A stretch of 64,000 nucleotides of DNA from Chrysomallon squamiferum. Its lineage: Eukaryota; Animalia; Mollusca. The notes under the pieces are model-generated. The model did not search any database and was not told the origin of the DNA. It saw nothing but the letters and a program-made list of their open reading frames with translations. The first letter of the stretch is position 1. Every line of letters begins with the position of its first letter. Shown here piece by piece: positions 13,341 through 26,882 of the stretch. The DNA is taken from positions 8,866,001 through 8,930,000 of the forward strand of contig CM022677.1 in the NCBI GenBank assembly GCA_012295275.1, in the 5' to 3' direction. The position numbers were made by a program, and so were the translations under genes.

Positions 13341-14425
13341 TAATCAATTTCATAGTTAGAAATAACTCTACTGTCCATTATTATCGGGAATGAATATAAC
13401 GATGATAATGGGTAACAGCATTAATGACAACAAAACAAATTTTGAAAAAGGAAAATAAAGATAATAATGATGATATATTTACGAATTTCGATTTCTGTTT
13501 CATTTAATTCTTTTAATTAAGTACTAAAGAAATTATGAAAAAAAAACGTCCTACCCCGGAAGCACGAGCTGTCTGCCCCGCCCTCAGACAGCTTGGGAAG
13601 GTACCAGAACCAAGCTGTCTGCATGTGGGATCGAATCTCGGCTTAAGGCTTTTATCCCGTATGTATCCTTAGTGAGTACATCTCACGTAAGGGACATAAC
13701 TCTAATCTATGTTTGTGAACACATATCTCTAAATACAGTTTTTTAGTTTTGTGGAAAACTCACGTTCTTTATAATATAAGCATTGACATAAGCAGTTGAA
13801 TTGATGTTACATACCACGCTCTAGAAATCATTATATTTGTGAAATTTAAATAACGTATCTGTAGGAAAAACAGTGTTTACATGTATTTGAAATTTTTGTA
13901 CACCACTTTTTAAAGTGAAATGAAATTTTTATGAAATCAAACGAAGTTACAGTCGTAGCTGAACACAAATATCTCTTATTTCTCTCTCTTTCTATCTCTC
14001 TGTCTCTGTAGCTCTGTGTATTTCTGTTTGTTTGTCTCTCTCTCTGTTTCTTTCTGTCTCTCTCTGTCTCTCTCTGTCTCTCTCTGAATCTGTTTCTCAC
14101 TCTGCTCTTTCTGTCTCTCTCTCTTTCTCTCTCTGATTCTCTATCTCTTTCTCTGTCTCGTTATGCGATCTCTGTCTGACTGTCGCCCTGTGTCTCTGTT
14201 CGTGTCTCTCTCTCTATCTCTCTCTGTGTCTCTAAAACCCAAATCTCTCTTTTCTAATAAATAATATATACAATTTTCACGTATCAAAACGGAATTTCGT
14301 AATAAATTTAAATTCTTATTTTTATTCTGAATAGCATGAATGAATAAATATTAAGTTTTTAGTAAAGAAACATTTTAAATGTATGAAATAAACTAAGAAT
14401 ACACAAATAGAGATAATAATAATAA
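13000..14425. repeat. Local direct duplication (~13000-13290 vs ~13866-14425); the second copy carries a ~270-bp CT-rich insertion
   Basis: Shared blocks aaaacagt(a/g)tttacatgtatttgaaattt, tacagtcgtag, cccaaatctctcttt, acggaatttcgtaa, ctgaatagcatgaatgaa in the same order. Confidence 0.85.
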
Positions 14426-14635
14426 TAATAGTATACAATGATAGGGTGGGGTCTGATGGACAGTGAGTAGAGATATATGTACAGACAAATAATAATAATA
14501 ATAATAATAATAACAACAACAATAATAATAATAATGGTGATGATAATGATAATAATAACAATAATAACAACAATAACAACAATAACAATGATGAAAACAA
14601 CAACAGAATCAGCATTTGAACTGAATTAAGTAAAC

Positions 14636-14822
14636 TGGTTTGAGATGGCAACGTGTTGGCAGACAGCACGTGAGATAACTGGTTCTCAACGTCAAAACAA
14701 AGTGAACGACGTGTACGAGGTGACGACGTGGTTTGAAATGACAACGTGTTGGCAGACAGCACGTGAGATAACTGGTTCTCAACGTCAAAACAAAATGAAC
14801 GACGTGTACGAGGTGACGAAAT
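14636..14822. repeat. Two near-identical 93-bp tandem units
   Basis: tggtttga(g/a)atg...gtgtacgaggtgacga starts at 14636 and again at 14729. Confidence 0.9.
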
Positions 14823-16500
14823 GTACGAGATGACGACGTGCACCTCTGCATCCAGTGGCGGATGTAAATAACATTGAAATAACAAATTTAAAGAGTAAAT
14901 AATTCTTTTTTTTATATTACGAAATTAAATATAATGAACATAATAAAATGCTACAGGAAAATATTTTATATAATTTGATGGGTTTTTTTAAAAAATATTT
15001 TAAGAAATTGTAAACAAAAATCTATATTTATTCACTTATTTATTTTATATTACATTTATTTATTTTTAATTTTTCAATTTTTTTACATTCGTTTTTGTTT
15101 TTAATTGTTGATTACTTTATAGGATTCACAAAACACAAACACAAACACATACAGGTAACACTGAATTCAGTTGCAAATTTTTATTTAAGAAAAGGTATTT
15201 TAGTCTTTCGTAAAAAGTAATTTCATGATAATGTTAATGATACCGATTATTAAATATGCATTTTGTGCAAATTGCTACGTCTTTAACAAAAGATGTCAGA
15301 TTTTTGTTGTGAACATTATGTTAATTTTTAAATTATTTATCTAAATAAATGTGAAAAATGTATCATGGGTAATTAATGTTCTGTGTAAAATATTTTAAAT
15401 AAAATACATTTAGAATTAACATGTCTATTCTTTAATATCAATAACTTTATTGTTGTTGATAGCTGGATAATGAAAAGTAATTAGGACGACGGTGATAACA
15501 AACGTTTGTATACTGTTATGTTAAGATATATAAAAAGCGAAGAGAAAAAACAAAGATGGCGGAGTAAGTGGTTAGGTGCATGGTTTGTGACGTCACACAA
15601 CACGGGTTTGTCAGAACGAGTTGTAAAACACTGCAGTGAAAACTGAAATGACAAGGACCACAACTCCTCCTAAAAAATAAAAAATAAGAATATTAATTTT
15701 TCTACCTGTGCAAATATATGTGTGTGTGTGTGTGTGTTTGTGTCTATGTGTGTTATGTATATTTATGTGTCTATATCTCTATGTGTCTGTGTCTGTATGG
15801 GAGTATATGTGTATGTGTGTGTGTTTATATATATATATACACATCTATATGTGTATGTATATGTATTTATGTATATATCTATATATGTATGTATGTATGT
15901 ATGTAACTGGTGTATACACTTAATTTAAACGAATAATATATGTTAACAAATTATGCACTTAACAAAATATTTATATGATAACAATTTTCATAATGGACAT
16001 AAAATTAAATTGATAATAAAATATTAAAAACCCTAAGTACATATAGTTTCTTTTAGTGAAATGTTTCTAGTCATCATATATTGCAACAGTTTACAGTGAT
16101 TTCAACATCTATCTAATCTATCTGTCTACCTATTTACATACACAAATGTGCACGTGCACACAGGCAGAGTATTGTCATTATAACTTTTACTACTACTGCT
16201 ACTACTACTATTGCTTCTACTTTAACTGCTGCTGCTGCTGCTGTTACTACTAATACAACTACCTCATTCATTTCTACTAATATATATATAATAGTATATA
16301 TATTAAAGTAAAGTTTTGTCATTACCAAATATTCAGTTGTTTTACTGTGTGTTTTAAATGCTAAGGGAAATAACAGATCAAGCATAAATCACCATATACA
16401 TCTTATTTAATTTTGTTTCAATATTACACAAAGAAAAACCATACAATAGCCTTCAAGTTGATATTTTAACCATTATTTTAAACTTTTCTTTCTTTACTTA

Positions 16501-16564
<64 letters not shown>

Positions 16565-17531
16565 GGAAATAATTAAAATTAATAATTTCACAGCGAAAGT
16601 AACAGTTGGTGTACCGATTTCTTACTGATTTTTCGAAACCAAAACAACTGATCAAAGGACAACAACGAAAAACATGTTAAGTTCTTTTTTCTTTATTATT
16701 ATTATTCATGTAATAGAAGATTGTAACAGCAGAAAAAGAAACAAAACAGTTTAATAAATAGAAACAAATAATCGAACTGAATTAAATATTAATTATAATT
16801 TAAATTCATTTCATATAATACACGCGACATGATGTGTACGTTTTAACATTGCCTGAGTTATTCCCCTTAGACTTTAACTTAATTATATTTTTTTATATTT
16901 TGAACGTTCTGCTAAATAATGAAAATAAAATGATCTGTTTTAACAGTATTTATCTTATACTTCTATGGTTTATTTGATCACTTCAAACTGGACACACTTT
17001 TGTGTCAACTAAAATATTCACGGTTTTGTGACAATATTACACGAAATAAAATGTATTAAAATACAAAACAAAAACTGAAATGAAATAAATGATCCACAAA
17101 CATGCAGATAAATATATCAATCAAGTAAGAAAGAGAATAAAATAAAAACGGTAATGATAATCTAATATAATAACAAAACTTAAAGAAAATAAATCTAGTG
17201 AGAATTTAAATCATTACATATATATACATGTTTTTTAATTGTTATCGAACAAAATTAAACACGCACACGTACACACCTGCATATGACTGTGTATGAATAA
17301 ATAAATAAAATAAAATAAAAATATCGACCAAATAACGGACAAAAAGAAAAAGAAAGAAAGAAAGAAATATGTAAACAGTTGAAACAGGGTTACAGGCAGT
17401 GACGGTTTCCAAACATTTTACTAAAAGCTTTTGTCAGGAACAAGAAGTCTGGTTCACCCTACAGAGGCCCACAAGATGACCTTTTGATCTGCCATATACC
17501 ACTGTCAAACTATTAATTATCATTATTTTCC

Positions 17532-17579
<48 letters not shown>

Positions 17580-18114
17580 TTTCTTTCTGTTTTTAAAGAA
17601 AGAAAGAAATGTTTTTAAAAAATGGTTAAAATATCTGAGGGGTATCTGTATATGGTTTTTACATTGTGTAATAAGTAAATACAATTAAATAAACTGTATA
17701 GGGTGATCTATTCTTGACTGAGTTATTTCTCTTTGCATTTATAACATACAGTAAAACAACCTTGAATACTGGTAGTGACAGATTTTCTTTTCTTAAACAG
17801 AAATGATTGTGGTATCGTATTAGAAGGAACAGTAGCAGCAGCAGTTAAGTAGGAGTTGTAGTAGTAGTAGTAGCAATAGTAGTAGTAGTAGTAGTAGTAG
17901 TAGAAGTAGTACAGTAATTGCAATTATATTAGAATTTAAATTTACATAAATTTTAATATATATATATAGAGTATTGGTCGTATCAGTAGTTGTAGTAAAA
18001 GTGATAGTGACAGAGTCTGCGAGCGTGCACGTTTGTGTACGTAGACAGATATACAGATAGAGAGACACTATAATCTGTTGCAACATGTGATGACTAGAAA
18101 CATTTCACTAAAAG

Positions 18115-18203
<89 letters not shown>

Positions 18204-19395
18204 CAACCCGACGGCTGGTTTTAAGACGAAGACTGACTCACAAAAATTCACGTTCCAGTAAGATCGAGTTATGGTAAAGGAAGTCACGGGTCATGTCTTT
18301 CGGAGAAAAGCTGAGGGAAAATATTCACTGCGTTACAAATAATCAAGGTTATGGGCCTCTTTATCTACAGTCTACAGAATACTACTTTTAATTTACAAGT
18401 GTTGTTGTGAATACTGAATATATAAAGAAGCATACACAATAACACACACAGATACACACACGCGCACGCACGCACTCGCTGAGGCACACACAAACATATA
18501 CATTTGTTCAATTTCCACGACTTTTCACATCAACTATTTAGCTATTTACATTTGTAAATAAAAAGAAGTTTCGTTGTATTCAGTGTACTACAGATAAAAC
18601 TGGGCGTAACGCTCTGATTATTATGAAAGTTCCTTTAAAGCACAGTCTGGCTTCGTATAGATGAGTCAAGAAATACAAAACTTAACAATGACAATCAGAG
18701 TAAGTTAGACTGAACGACGCCAGGGGTCGTGTTTGTCGGAGAAAAGAGAGCCGAGGAAAAATGTTCACTGCGTTCCAAATATATTAAAAATAAAAAATTA
18801 AGGAGTTCTTAAAACTTCTATTCATAATACAGATTAAATTCGAACCAGAAGAAAAGAATAAGTATCTTATATATATTATATATTATGGTTTTATTTCAGT
18901 CAATTTTTTTTATTCTCAAATAGCTATTCTTAATTCTTCCTAAATTCTGTAAGAAATATTTCACTTGAATACAAAGAAAGAAAAAGAACAAACAGAATCA
19001 ATACGAGAAAAACAATAAAGCCGAAAGAAAAGTTTAAGATTTCATTAAATTTAATGTATACAGATTATATAATACAGATTACAAGTAGACTTAATATTTA
19101 TAATTAGAAGTGACAATAAAAAAAATATTAGAGTTTTGTTATTACTAACCGTAGACTTAATAGAGTTATATAGCATTGAATATTTACAGCAAGAACAATA
19201 AAATACTAGTTCTAACAATAGTCGTAATAAAAATATACCCAGCTCTAAATATTTACAACTAATAATAGCTGATTATTGTTTATTACTACTAATGACTGAA
19301 ATATTTTTCCAAATAAACACAGATGTTCTAAATATTTACACGTAGAAGTAATAATAAAATGAAGTAAGTAAAAATATTATGTTCACCTCAAATAC

Positions 19396-20337
19396 CACAG
19401 TAGAATATGTTCATCTCGCCTCCTTCGTTTTTCAGTCGAAATCCTTCTTTACATCTGCACTGTGTGTTTCTCACTTTGGTGCATTTCTCTACTTCTGTTT
19501 CAGTCGTGCTGTCACACGTATCACATTTAGCACATCTAGGAGCACGAGTGTAATTCGACTGGTAAAACCCTTCTTCACAAGGCTCACATTCTGATTCATC
19601 ACCATTCTCTGTGCAGTGTGCTAGAAGTCGTGTACCAGGAGGACACTTTTTACAAGTTGTAAATTTTCCATCTTTTACAACTGTGTAAGTTTTTATCTTA
19701 AAAAAGATAATATTAAATTAAATTAAATTAAATTAAATAATTAATTAAAAAATAATTTGTTCGGTTATTTAATTGAATGAGTGTGAATATAAATAAGTTG
19801 CGTATGCACCATTAAGAATCCTACAGGAAAATGTGATTGGAGAATTATTTTACCCTCTCAAGACACGAACACGCCTCTAAGATTGTATCAGTTAAAACAA
19901 AAAATGATCCAAGATAAAATTTCGATAAAATCTGTGACTTGCTTTCCTGTATTAAGTTAAACATTATTAAAAGGTAGTGTCAAACATAAATTAAAAACAT
20001 ATTTTTTACACCGGTCTCAAATACTTTGAATGCAATTTGTATCCTCAAAAGAAGACAACTTGTAACCAAAAATTAAGACAACTTGTAACTAAAGATAAGA
20101 CAACTTGTAACTAAAAGATAAGACAACTTGTAACTAAAGATAAGACAACTTGTAACTACAAGATAAGACAACTTGTAACTAAAGATAAGACAACTTGTAA
20201 CTAAAGATAAGAGACACTGCTATGTTGGGTACGAGTTGTTATAAACATACCTCACTTCCAGAGCTTTTCTCATGTTTTACACCCTCTGTTGATGTAAAAA
20301 TGAGAGGAATCATCCAAATCCACATGAAATATTTCAT
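19396..20337 (-). CDS. TNF receptor superfamily-like protein (signal peptide plus about two cysteine-rich domains); final exon uncertain
   Basis: Exon 20337-20251 = MKYFMWIWMIPLIFTSTEGVKHEKSSGSE (CAG acceptor, GAG|GTATGT donor, phase 0) joins exon 19696-19396 = IKTYTVVKDGKFTTCKKCPPGTRLLAHCTENGDESECEPCEEGFYQSNYTRAPRCAKCDTCDSTTETEVEKCTKVRNTQCRCKEGFRLKNEGGEMNIFYC, which has classic TNFR CxxCPPG, CxPCxxG, CxxCxxC and CTxxxNTxCxCxxGF spacing. The CRD exon is not in the ORF track. Confidence 0.88.
20051..20212. repeat. 22-23-bp tandem repeat (aagacaacttgtaactaaagat), about 7 copies, in the TNFR intron
   Basis: Directly visible; a single unit is present in the paralogous segment at ~22134. Confidence 0.92.
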
Positions 20338-20532
20338 ACTGGTAGCAGCTGGAAGAAAAACAAAATAAATATAAAAAAAACAACAACAAACAAACAAAAA
20401 AACAACAACAAACAAACAAAAAAACAATCGATATAATAATAATGATGATGATGATGATGATTACGATTGTGATAACGAAGAAGAAGATGAAAAAATTAAT
20501 GAAGAAGATTTTAAAATATATGAGAAAAATAC

Positions 20533-20622
<90 letters not shown>

Positions 20623-22217
20623 GTAATAAATAAATTATACAACTTACAAATTTAAACGTTCCTGGTTTATGAGTAACAAGAAGTGTAGATAAAAAAAAAA
20701 ATAAAAAATAAAAAAAATAAAACTTTTCTCTTTGTTAGGCGTCATGTAACAGAAAACTAGCAGAGGTTACAAAAAGCAGATCTATTACTGTGTACACCTG
20801 GGTAGTCACAACAGACTGACTCACTGAGCCAGTACGTGAATTAGCACAACAGTACAGTGTTGTATTATGAACAGAGACCACCAGTTTCGAAAGAACTAAT
20901 TTTAGCAACCCAGCTTAAACGAACGCTGTGAATCTTTACTAAGATTTAGCACAAGACATTTTAAAATCCTGTTTCGTATTATTATGACATTCCCAGGGAA
21001 ATTCTCTGTATTTTGTTTCAGTTCGTAATTAATTCTCTATAGCTTCTTGATGTTTACTGGTTACAGAATGTGTGTGTGTGTTTGTGTGTGTGTGTGTGAG
21101 TGTGTTTGTTTGTGTGTTTGTGTGTGTTTATTTGTGTATTTTTGTGTTTTGTGTGTGTGTTTGTTTGTGTGTGTGTTAGTGTGTGTGTTTCAGCACTGTC
21201 CTCTCTCCCAGTCCAATAGTCAATGTTTTGATGCTGAAGTAAATTAATTATGTAAAATTGAAAAACTTTTGTTTGTAGAATGATTTATTACTGAAAGTTT
21301 TAGCAAATATATACATATATATATATATGCCAAAAAAACACACCAAATAAATTGTAATGTGAAAGTACAGTTTGTTATAGGTGATATACGAGTGTTAAAT
21401 TATTTAGTTAAATACTTTGTGACCTTAATGTGACCTTTGTCATCTTAATGTAAATTAGTTTTAATGTATATAATTATTATTATGTCCGAGTTTGTCACTA
21501 TGTATAATTATTGCTTTCTTTCTTTTTCTTTCTTGTTTATTCAAAATTTAGTATTTATTTATTTATTTATTTAGTATTGTTCTACTTATTATTAATATCA
21601 TATCTGTTTAAATTCTGTACATATCAATGTAAATCACTGTTAACATTTTTCTCAAAGATTAGTGTAAAAAGATAATTTTCAAGAATTACCTCAGCATGTG
21701 CCTACTTATAACTGACAGCTATTGTTATATACAAATATTAGGCCACCTGTTGTCATGTTAGTATTTTTTATCTCTGCTGACATTCTATCTATCTAGTCAC
21801 GCGGTGAAGCTTGCTTCGTAATGTTTTACCTCTGTTACAAAGTTTAAGACTTGATATCATGTTACTCTAACACCAACAATAAAATTAATTTTAATCTACT
21901 CAACCCAAACACTCAAGTTTCCTCTGCACACGTCTCATATACAGCTATTAATTCAGTAAAGATTTGGTATATGTGATATCACACATACAGACTTTTAAAA
22001 AAGTGTATTGTGCCTTAATCCAGTTTTATACGCAGTTATTTTAGTAATAACATTCAGAACAGAGGTATTTTATAATGTAGAAACGTTTCTCAACACACCA
22101 CCAACAGTTGAACCTGCGTAAACTCCTAATGTGAAGACAACTTGTAACTAAACGTTAAGAATGGGATACATAGGTACAGGTTATGTTGAGTATGCGTTGT
22201 GTTTTTAAGAACAGGCC

Positions 22218-22305
22218 TCATTTTTCAGAGTTTTCCTCGTCTTTTGCACCCTCTGTTGATATAAATATAAGAGGATTCAACCAAATCCAAATAAAATATT
22301 TCATA
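22218..22305 (-). pseudogene. Degenerate duplicate of the TNFR signal-peptide exon
   Basis: Reads MKYFIWIWLNPLIFISTEGAKDEENSEK*; 1-nt insertion gives an in-frame TGA and the donor is GAG|GCCTGT rather than GAG|GTATGT; flanking intron is also homologous to 20050-20250. Confidence 0.75.
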
Positions 22306-22364
22306 CTGTAAATGCAAACAAACACACGTACATACACGTACACTCATACATACACGTACATTAT

Positions 22365-22448
<84 letters not shown>

Positions 22449-22752
22449 GTCATCGCTCCAGACTGAAGCACATTATTCAGAATGAGGTGGGGGTTATTCT
22501 TGTTTATTTTTACTTATTATTATTATTATTATTTATTTATTTTATTTTATTTCATTTCATTTTAAAATAGCTAAAAGAAAGATAAATAAAAACGCGAACC
22601 ATTCAAACAGGAAATAAACATTGAATAAAACAAAATAAAACATCTTATTATATTTATAAATATAGTGTAATACAAAAAATTAAATAATGTAAGTAATTAT
22701 TATCCTCTTCATTAACATAAAACTGTAAATGTATGTTTTCAAGTTCAGTTTT

Positions 22753-23466
22753 CTAAAGATGGGTTTGCACGTCGTTCTCATTGACATAATGCGTTTCTGC
22801 GACGTCAGATGACAGGCCCTGAACCTGCATGATATAATTTAGTTCTGCCTCTTTCCAGATATCTTTGCATCCATTGGCCGATTCTATTTTAATTTCATTA
22901 TTACTGGTGACTTCCGAAGGCTAAAAATAGAAAATTTGATATAAATTATTATTAAATTAGAAAAAAAAAACGAAAAAAGAAGAAAATAGGAAATCGCTGC
23001 TAATATGTATTACAAATTAAATTAACAGAATAAAATGATCTCCATGATATCACTACTACTACTACTACTATGAAGACTACCTTCTTATTATTATTTATTA
23101 TTGTTGTTGTTCTTGCTTAAAAGCTAAAATTAATTTTAAAATCTTAATTTTCTAACTCTTCTTACTGACTCATTAGAAACTAAGATCAAATGATGGGTTT
23201 AGGGTTTATTTGTTGTGTTTACGTGAAAACTGTTGACGTCTTGATTGCATCGCAGTCTTCGGAGGACTGATTCCGGCAGGCAACAAAACAAACGATCAAA
23301 AAATGGCACTAGATATCTAGAATCCACTTCGCCAATTTTTGTTGCGCCTGAAAAATAAATTAAAAAATAAAGAGTTTAATGTTGTTATTAGTATATTGTA
23401 AGTATCACTTTGGCCTGCATCAAGTATGTTACCAATTGTTTTGATCAAACGAACCTGTGTGCGTTT

Positions 23467-23560
<94 letters not shown>

Positions 23561-23836
23561 ATAAGTTACCAGTAAGAAAGCTGATTATTAAGCCAATTAT
23601 GACGACTGTCGCAGCACCGATGCTTGGCAACCACAGATATGACACTGTGTAGAGAAGACTAATTCCGGAACTGAAAAACGTAGAAGTTATATAAAAACAG
23701 AAATGAGTCCTGGAAAGAGGATTCTTTTAATAAATAAATAAATAGTAATAGTAATAATAACAACAACAATATCGACAATAATCATAATAAAACTAATAAT
23801 AATAATAAATACTATATCAACAACAACAACAACAAC

Positions 23837-23868
<32 letters not shown>

Positions 23869-25556
23869 TTTATCAAATTTTATTAAACAAATAAATAAAT
23901 ATACAAACAGATTTTATAAACAAATAAATAAATAAATTTATCATAATTAAATAAGTATAGAAAAAAATTTAGAACCAAGTTGTAATGATAACGGTCTTAT
24001 AAGCTTTGGTTTCGAGGCTAAACTATTAAGCTTACATCTCTTCTGGCCTACTCTCAGCTGTAGTCAAGGTGAAGGCAGTTGTTGTAGCTGTCGTTGTAGC
24101 ATTGGGGACAGTACAGTTGACTGTAGGGTACAGCATGTTGGAAGGGGGACCGACCACGCTGTAACTCCCTATAACCATCCACATGGGTAGAGCAAGGCCA
24201 AGAACACCGCCTGTAACCGCACCCTGGGGATAACGAATAAAAACCGGTACTACCACAACAACTACTACTACCACTACTGTAACAGCTGCTACTACCACTA
24301 CTACACTACAACAACTACTACTAATTATTATTACTCGGCTAACTACAACTTCTATTGCTACTTAAACCCACCACTAACTGCTACTACTGCAGTAACTCCT
24401 ACTTCTATTAATAATATTAATACAACTGCTGATAGTATTATTACAACTACCACTGCACCAATATTAGCTATCACTGACACTACCAACGTGTGCTATACTA
24501 ATTATATTATGAAGAAAACAAATCATAAAACAAACTCAAGGAAAGAAGCTTCCATGGATGTGCGGATTCTACTCACAATCCAGTTTGCCCACGGAAAAAA
24601 TGCACCAAGAGCAAACATGCCTAGCAACGGACCGGAAGCTGCGCCGGTAAAACTCAGAGAAGCCTGAAAAGAGGATGAAGAAATCTTCAGTGAAAAAAGT
24701 CCGAAATCAAACACTGTCAACACATCTCTACATACACAGTCACAATGTCCAGTCTCACTTAAATACTTTTATTTTTTTCTAAACTCTTAAGATAGGTCAA
24801 GGTTAATTTTTATTTTATTTTGTATTTCTTTATTTTTTCTTTCTTTTTTTTTTCCTTTTATGTTATTTTATTTTATAACTTTTTCTTTTTCTATTTATTT
24901 ATTTACTTATTATTATTATTATTTTAATTCTTTATATTTCTTCTTTTTGTACATTTTCTCTGTTCATACCTGCAGTACAGTTCCTCCTAAATACGTCACC
25001 ACAAAAGACATGGCGATACCCGTTCCACCATAGAGTAACACTGAAAAATAAATAAAAATATTTAAAAGTATGCCATACTAATATGATTATATAAAACAAA
25101 ATTCCAAATTAGTTGTAATAGAATATTATTATAATATAAAACTTTTTCTTTCTCACCTACACACGTCGAACGAACAACTCAGACACACATATATATATAA
25201 ACAGACACACGTATGCACCAATTCATATTTACACATTCTACAGTAATAATAATAATACTAATAGTAATACTAATACTAATAATAATAATAATAGTATTAC
25301 TAATTGTAGAATTGTGTCACCTAACAGCTTGGTGACTAAAGTTTTCTGAGTTTCTGTCAGCCGCTCACTGAGAACTGGTTTAAGCAGGTCCTCCCACGTG
25401 ACTGCAGCCAGCGCGTTCAGTGACGACGACGTCGAACTGCAAGAATCATTTTCATTATCACAGTCATTTATCACTATCGTTATTATTATCATTATTATAA
25501 TTATTATTATTATTATCGTTATCATTATCATTATTGTTATTATTATCATTATCAGC

Positions 25557-25595
<39 letters not shown>

Positions 25596-25599
25596 GTTA

Positions 25600-25633
<34 letters not shown>

Positions 25634-25777
25634 TATTATTATTATTGGTCGTCATCGTCGTGTACTTGTAGTAGTATAAAATTATTATTATAACTAATGC
25701 TGAGGCGGCTCCTACTACTATTACAACAATTATTATTTATTACTATTATTTTTCCTATTGTTATTATTTGAAAAAGG

Positions 25778-25871
<94 letters not shown>

Positions 25872-26166
25872 AGATATAGACATAGAGAGAGACGGAGAGA
25901 GAAAAGGGAAAGTAAACTGATAATAGAAGGAAATCATTACAGCTTTGAAAATCACCACTTTTTAATATCAGTGATATATGATATATAAATAGATATAACA
26001 GTACATATTAAAATATTATATATTAAATTACCTCAAGGCTCCACTGAAAAGACAGGAGATAAACAAACCAGGAAGTCCAGGGTAGGCGAGAATTTCCATC
26101 ACAAAATAAGGCACCAACTGTGAAATTTAGATAAAACAGTACATAATAATAACAATAATAATAATA

Positions 26167-26205
<39 letters not shown>

Positions 26206-26217
26206 ATTATAATAATA

Positions 26218-26287
<70 letters not shown>

Positions 26288-26846
26288 GATAATGATAATA
26301 ATAATAATGATAATGATGATAATACTGATACTGATAATAATATTTAGCAAAATGTGTGAGTATGTGTGTGTTCTGAGTTTGACTGTAAAATGGATATAAA
26401 ATAATAAACACACACACACGTATATATATTATATTATATAGATATACACACTCACTTTGCTATATACACATACACACATGCCCACACACATACACATACA
26501 CATACACACATGCACACACATACGCACACACACATACAGGCAGGCACATACAGACATATACACACACACGTGCTGTGTTACCTGATTAGAATTACTTATA
26601 TAACCGGCAGTGAGTGGGTCACAACCTTTCTGTGCGTAGTACGCAAACATTGTGATTCCAACCAAACACACGACAACGTCGAGAATGACGACGCCGATGA
26701 TGTTAATCATCACTGATCTGTTAAAACGAAAAACATGTTTACTTTATTTTTACGATTTTATCAGCTTCTTTCACGTCATATAAATAAATACTTGTCTACT
26801 TCTTTTAATGCTACTGCTACTTATACTATATTTAATACTAGAACTG

Positions 26847-26882
<36 letters not shown>

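Noticed and set aside
14322-14885. 187-aa ORF with a duplicated segment
   Set aside because: Made of the 93-bp tandem duplication plus an AAT/AAC microsatellite; no recognisable domain.
15550-15600. YY1-like AAGATGGCGG and CRE TGACGTCA as a plus-strand promoter
   Set aside because: No downstream plus-strand exons found; the motifs may be chance matches or part of a 3' UTR.
18270-18780. ~60-bp imperfect repeat pair (~18288-18340 and ~18724-18780)
   Set aside because: Real similarity, but too short and diverged to assign a function or element class.
19379-19594. Plus-strand 71-aa ORF
   Set aside because: Antisense shadow of the TNFR cysteine-rich exon.
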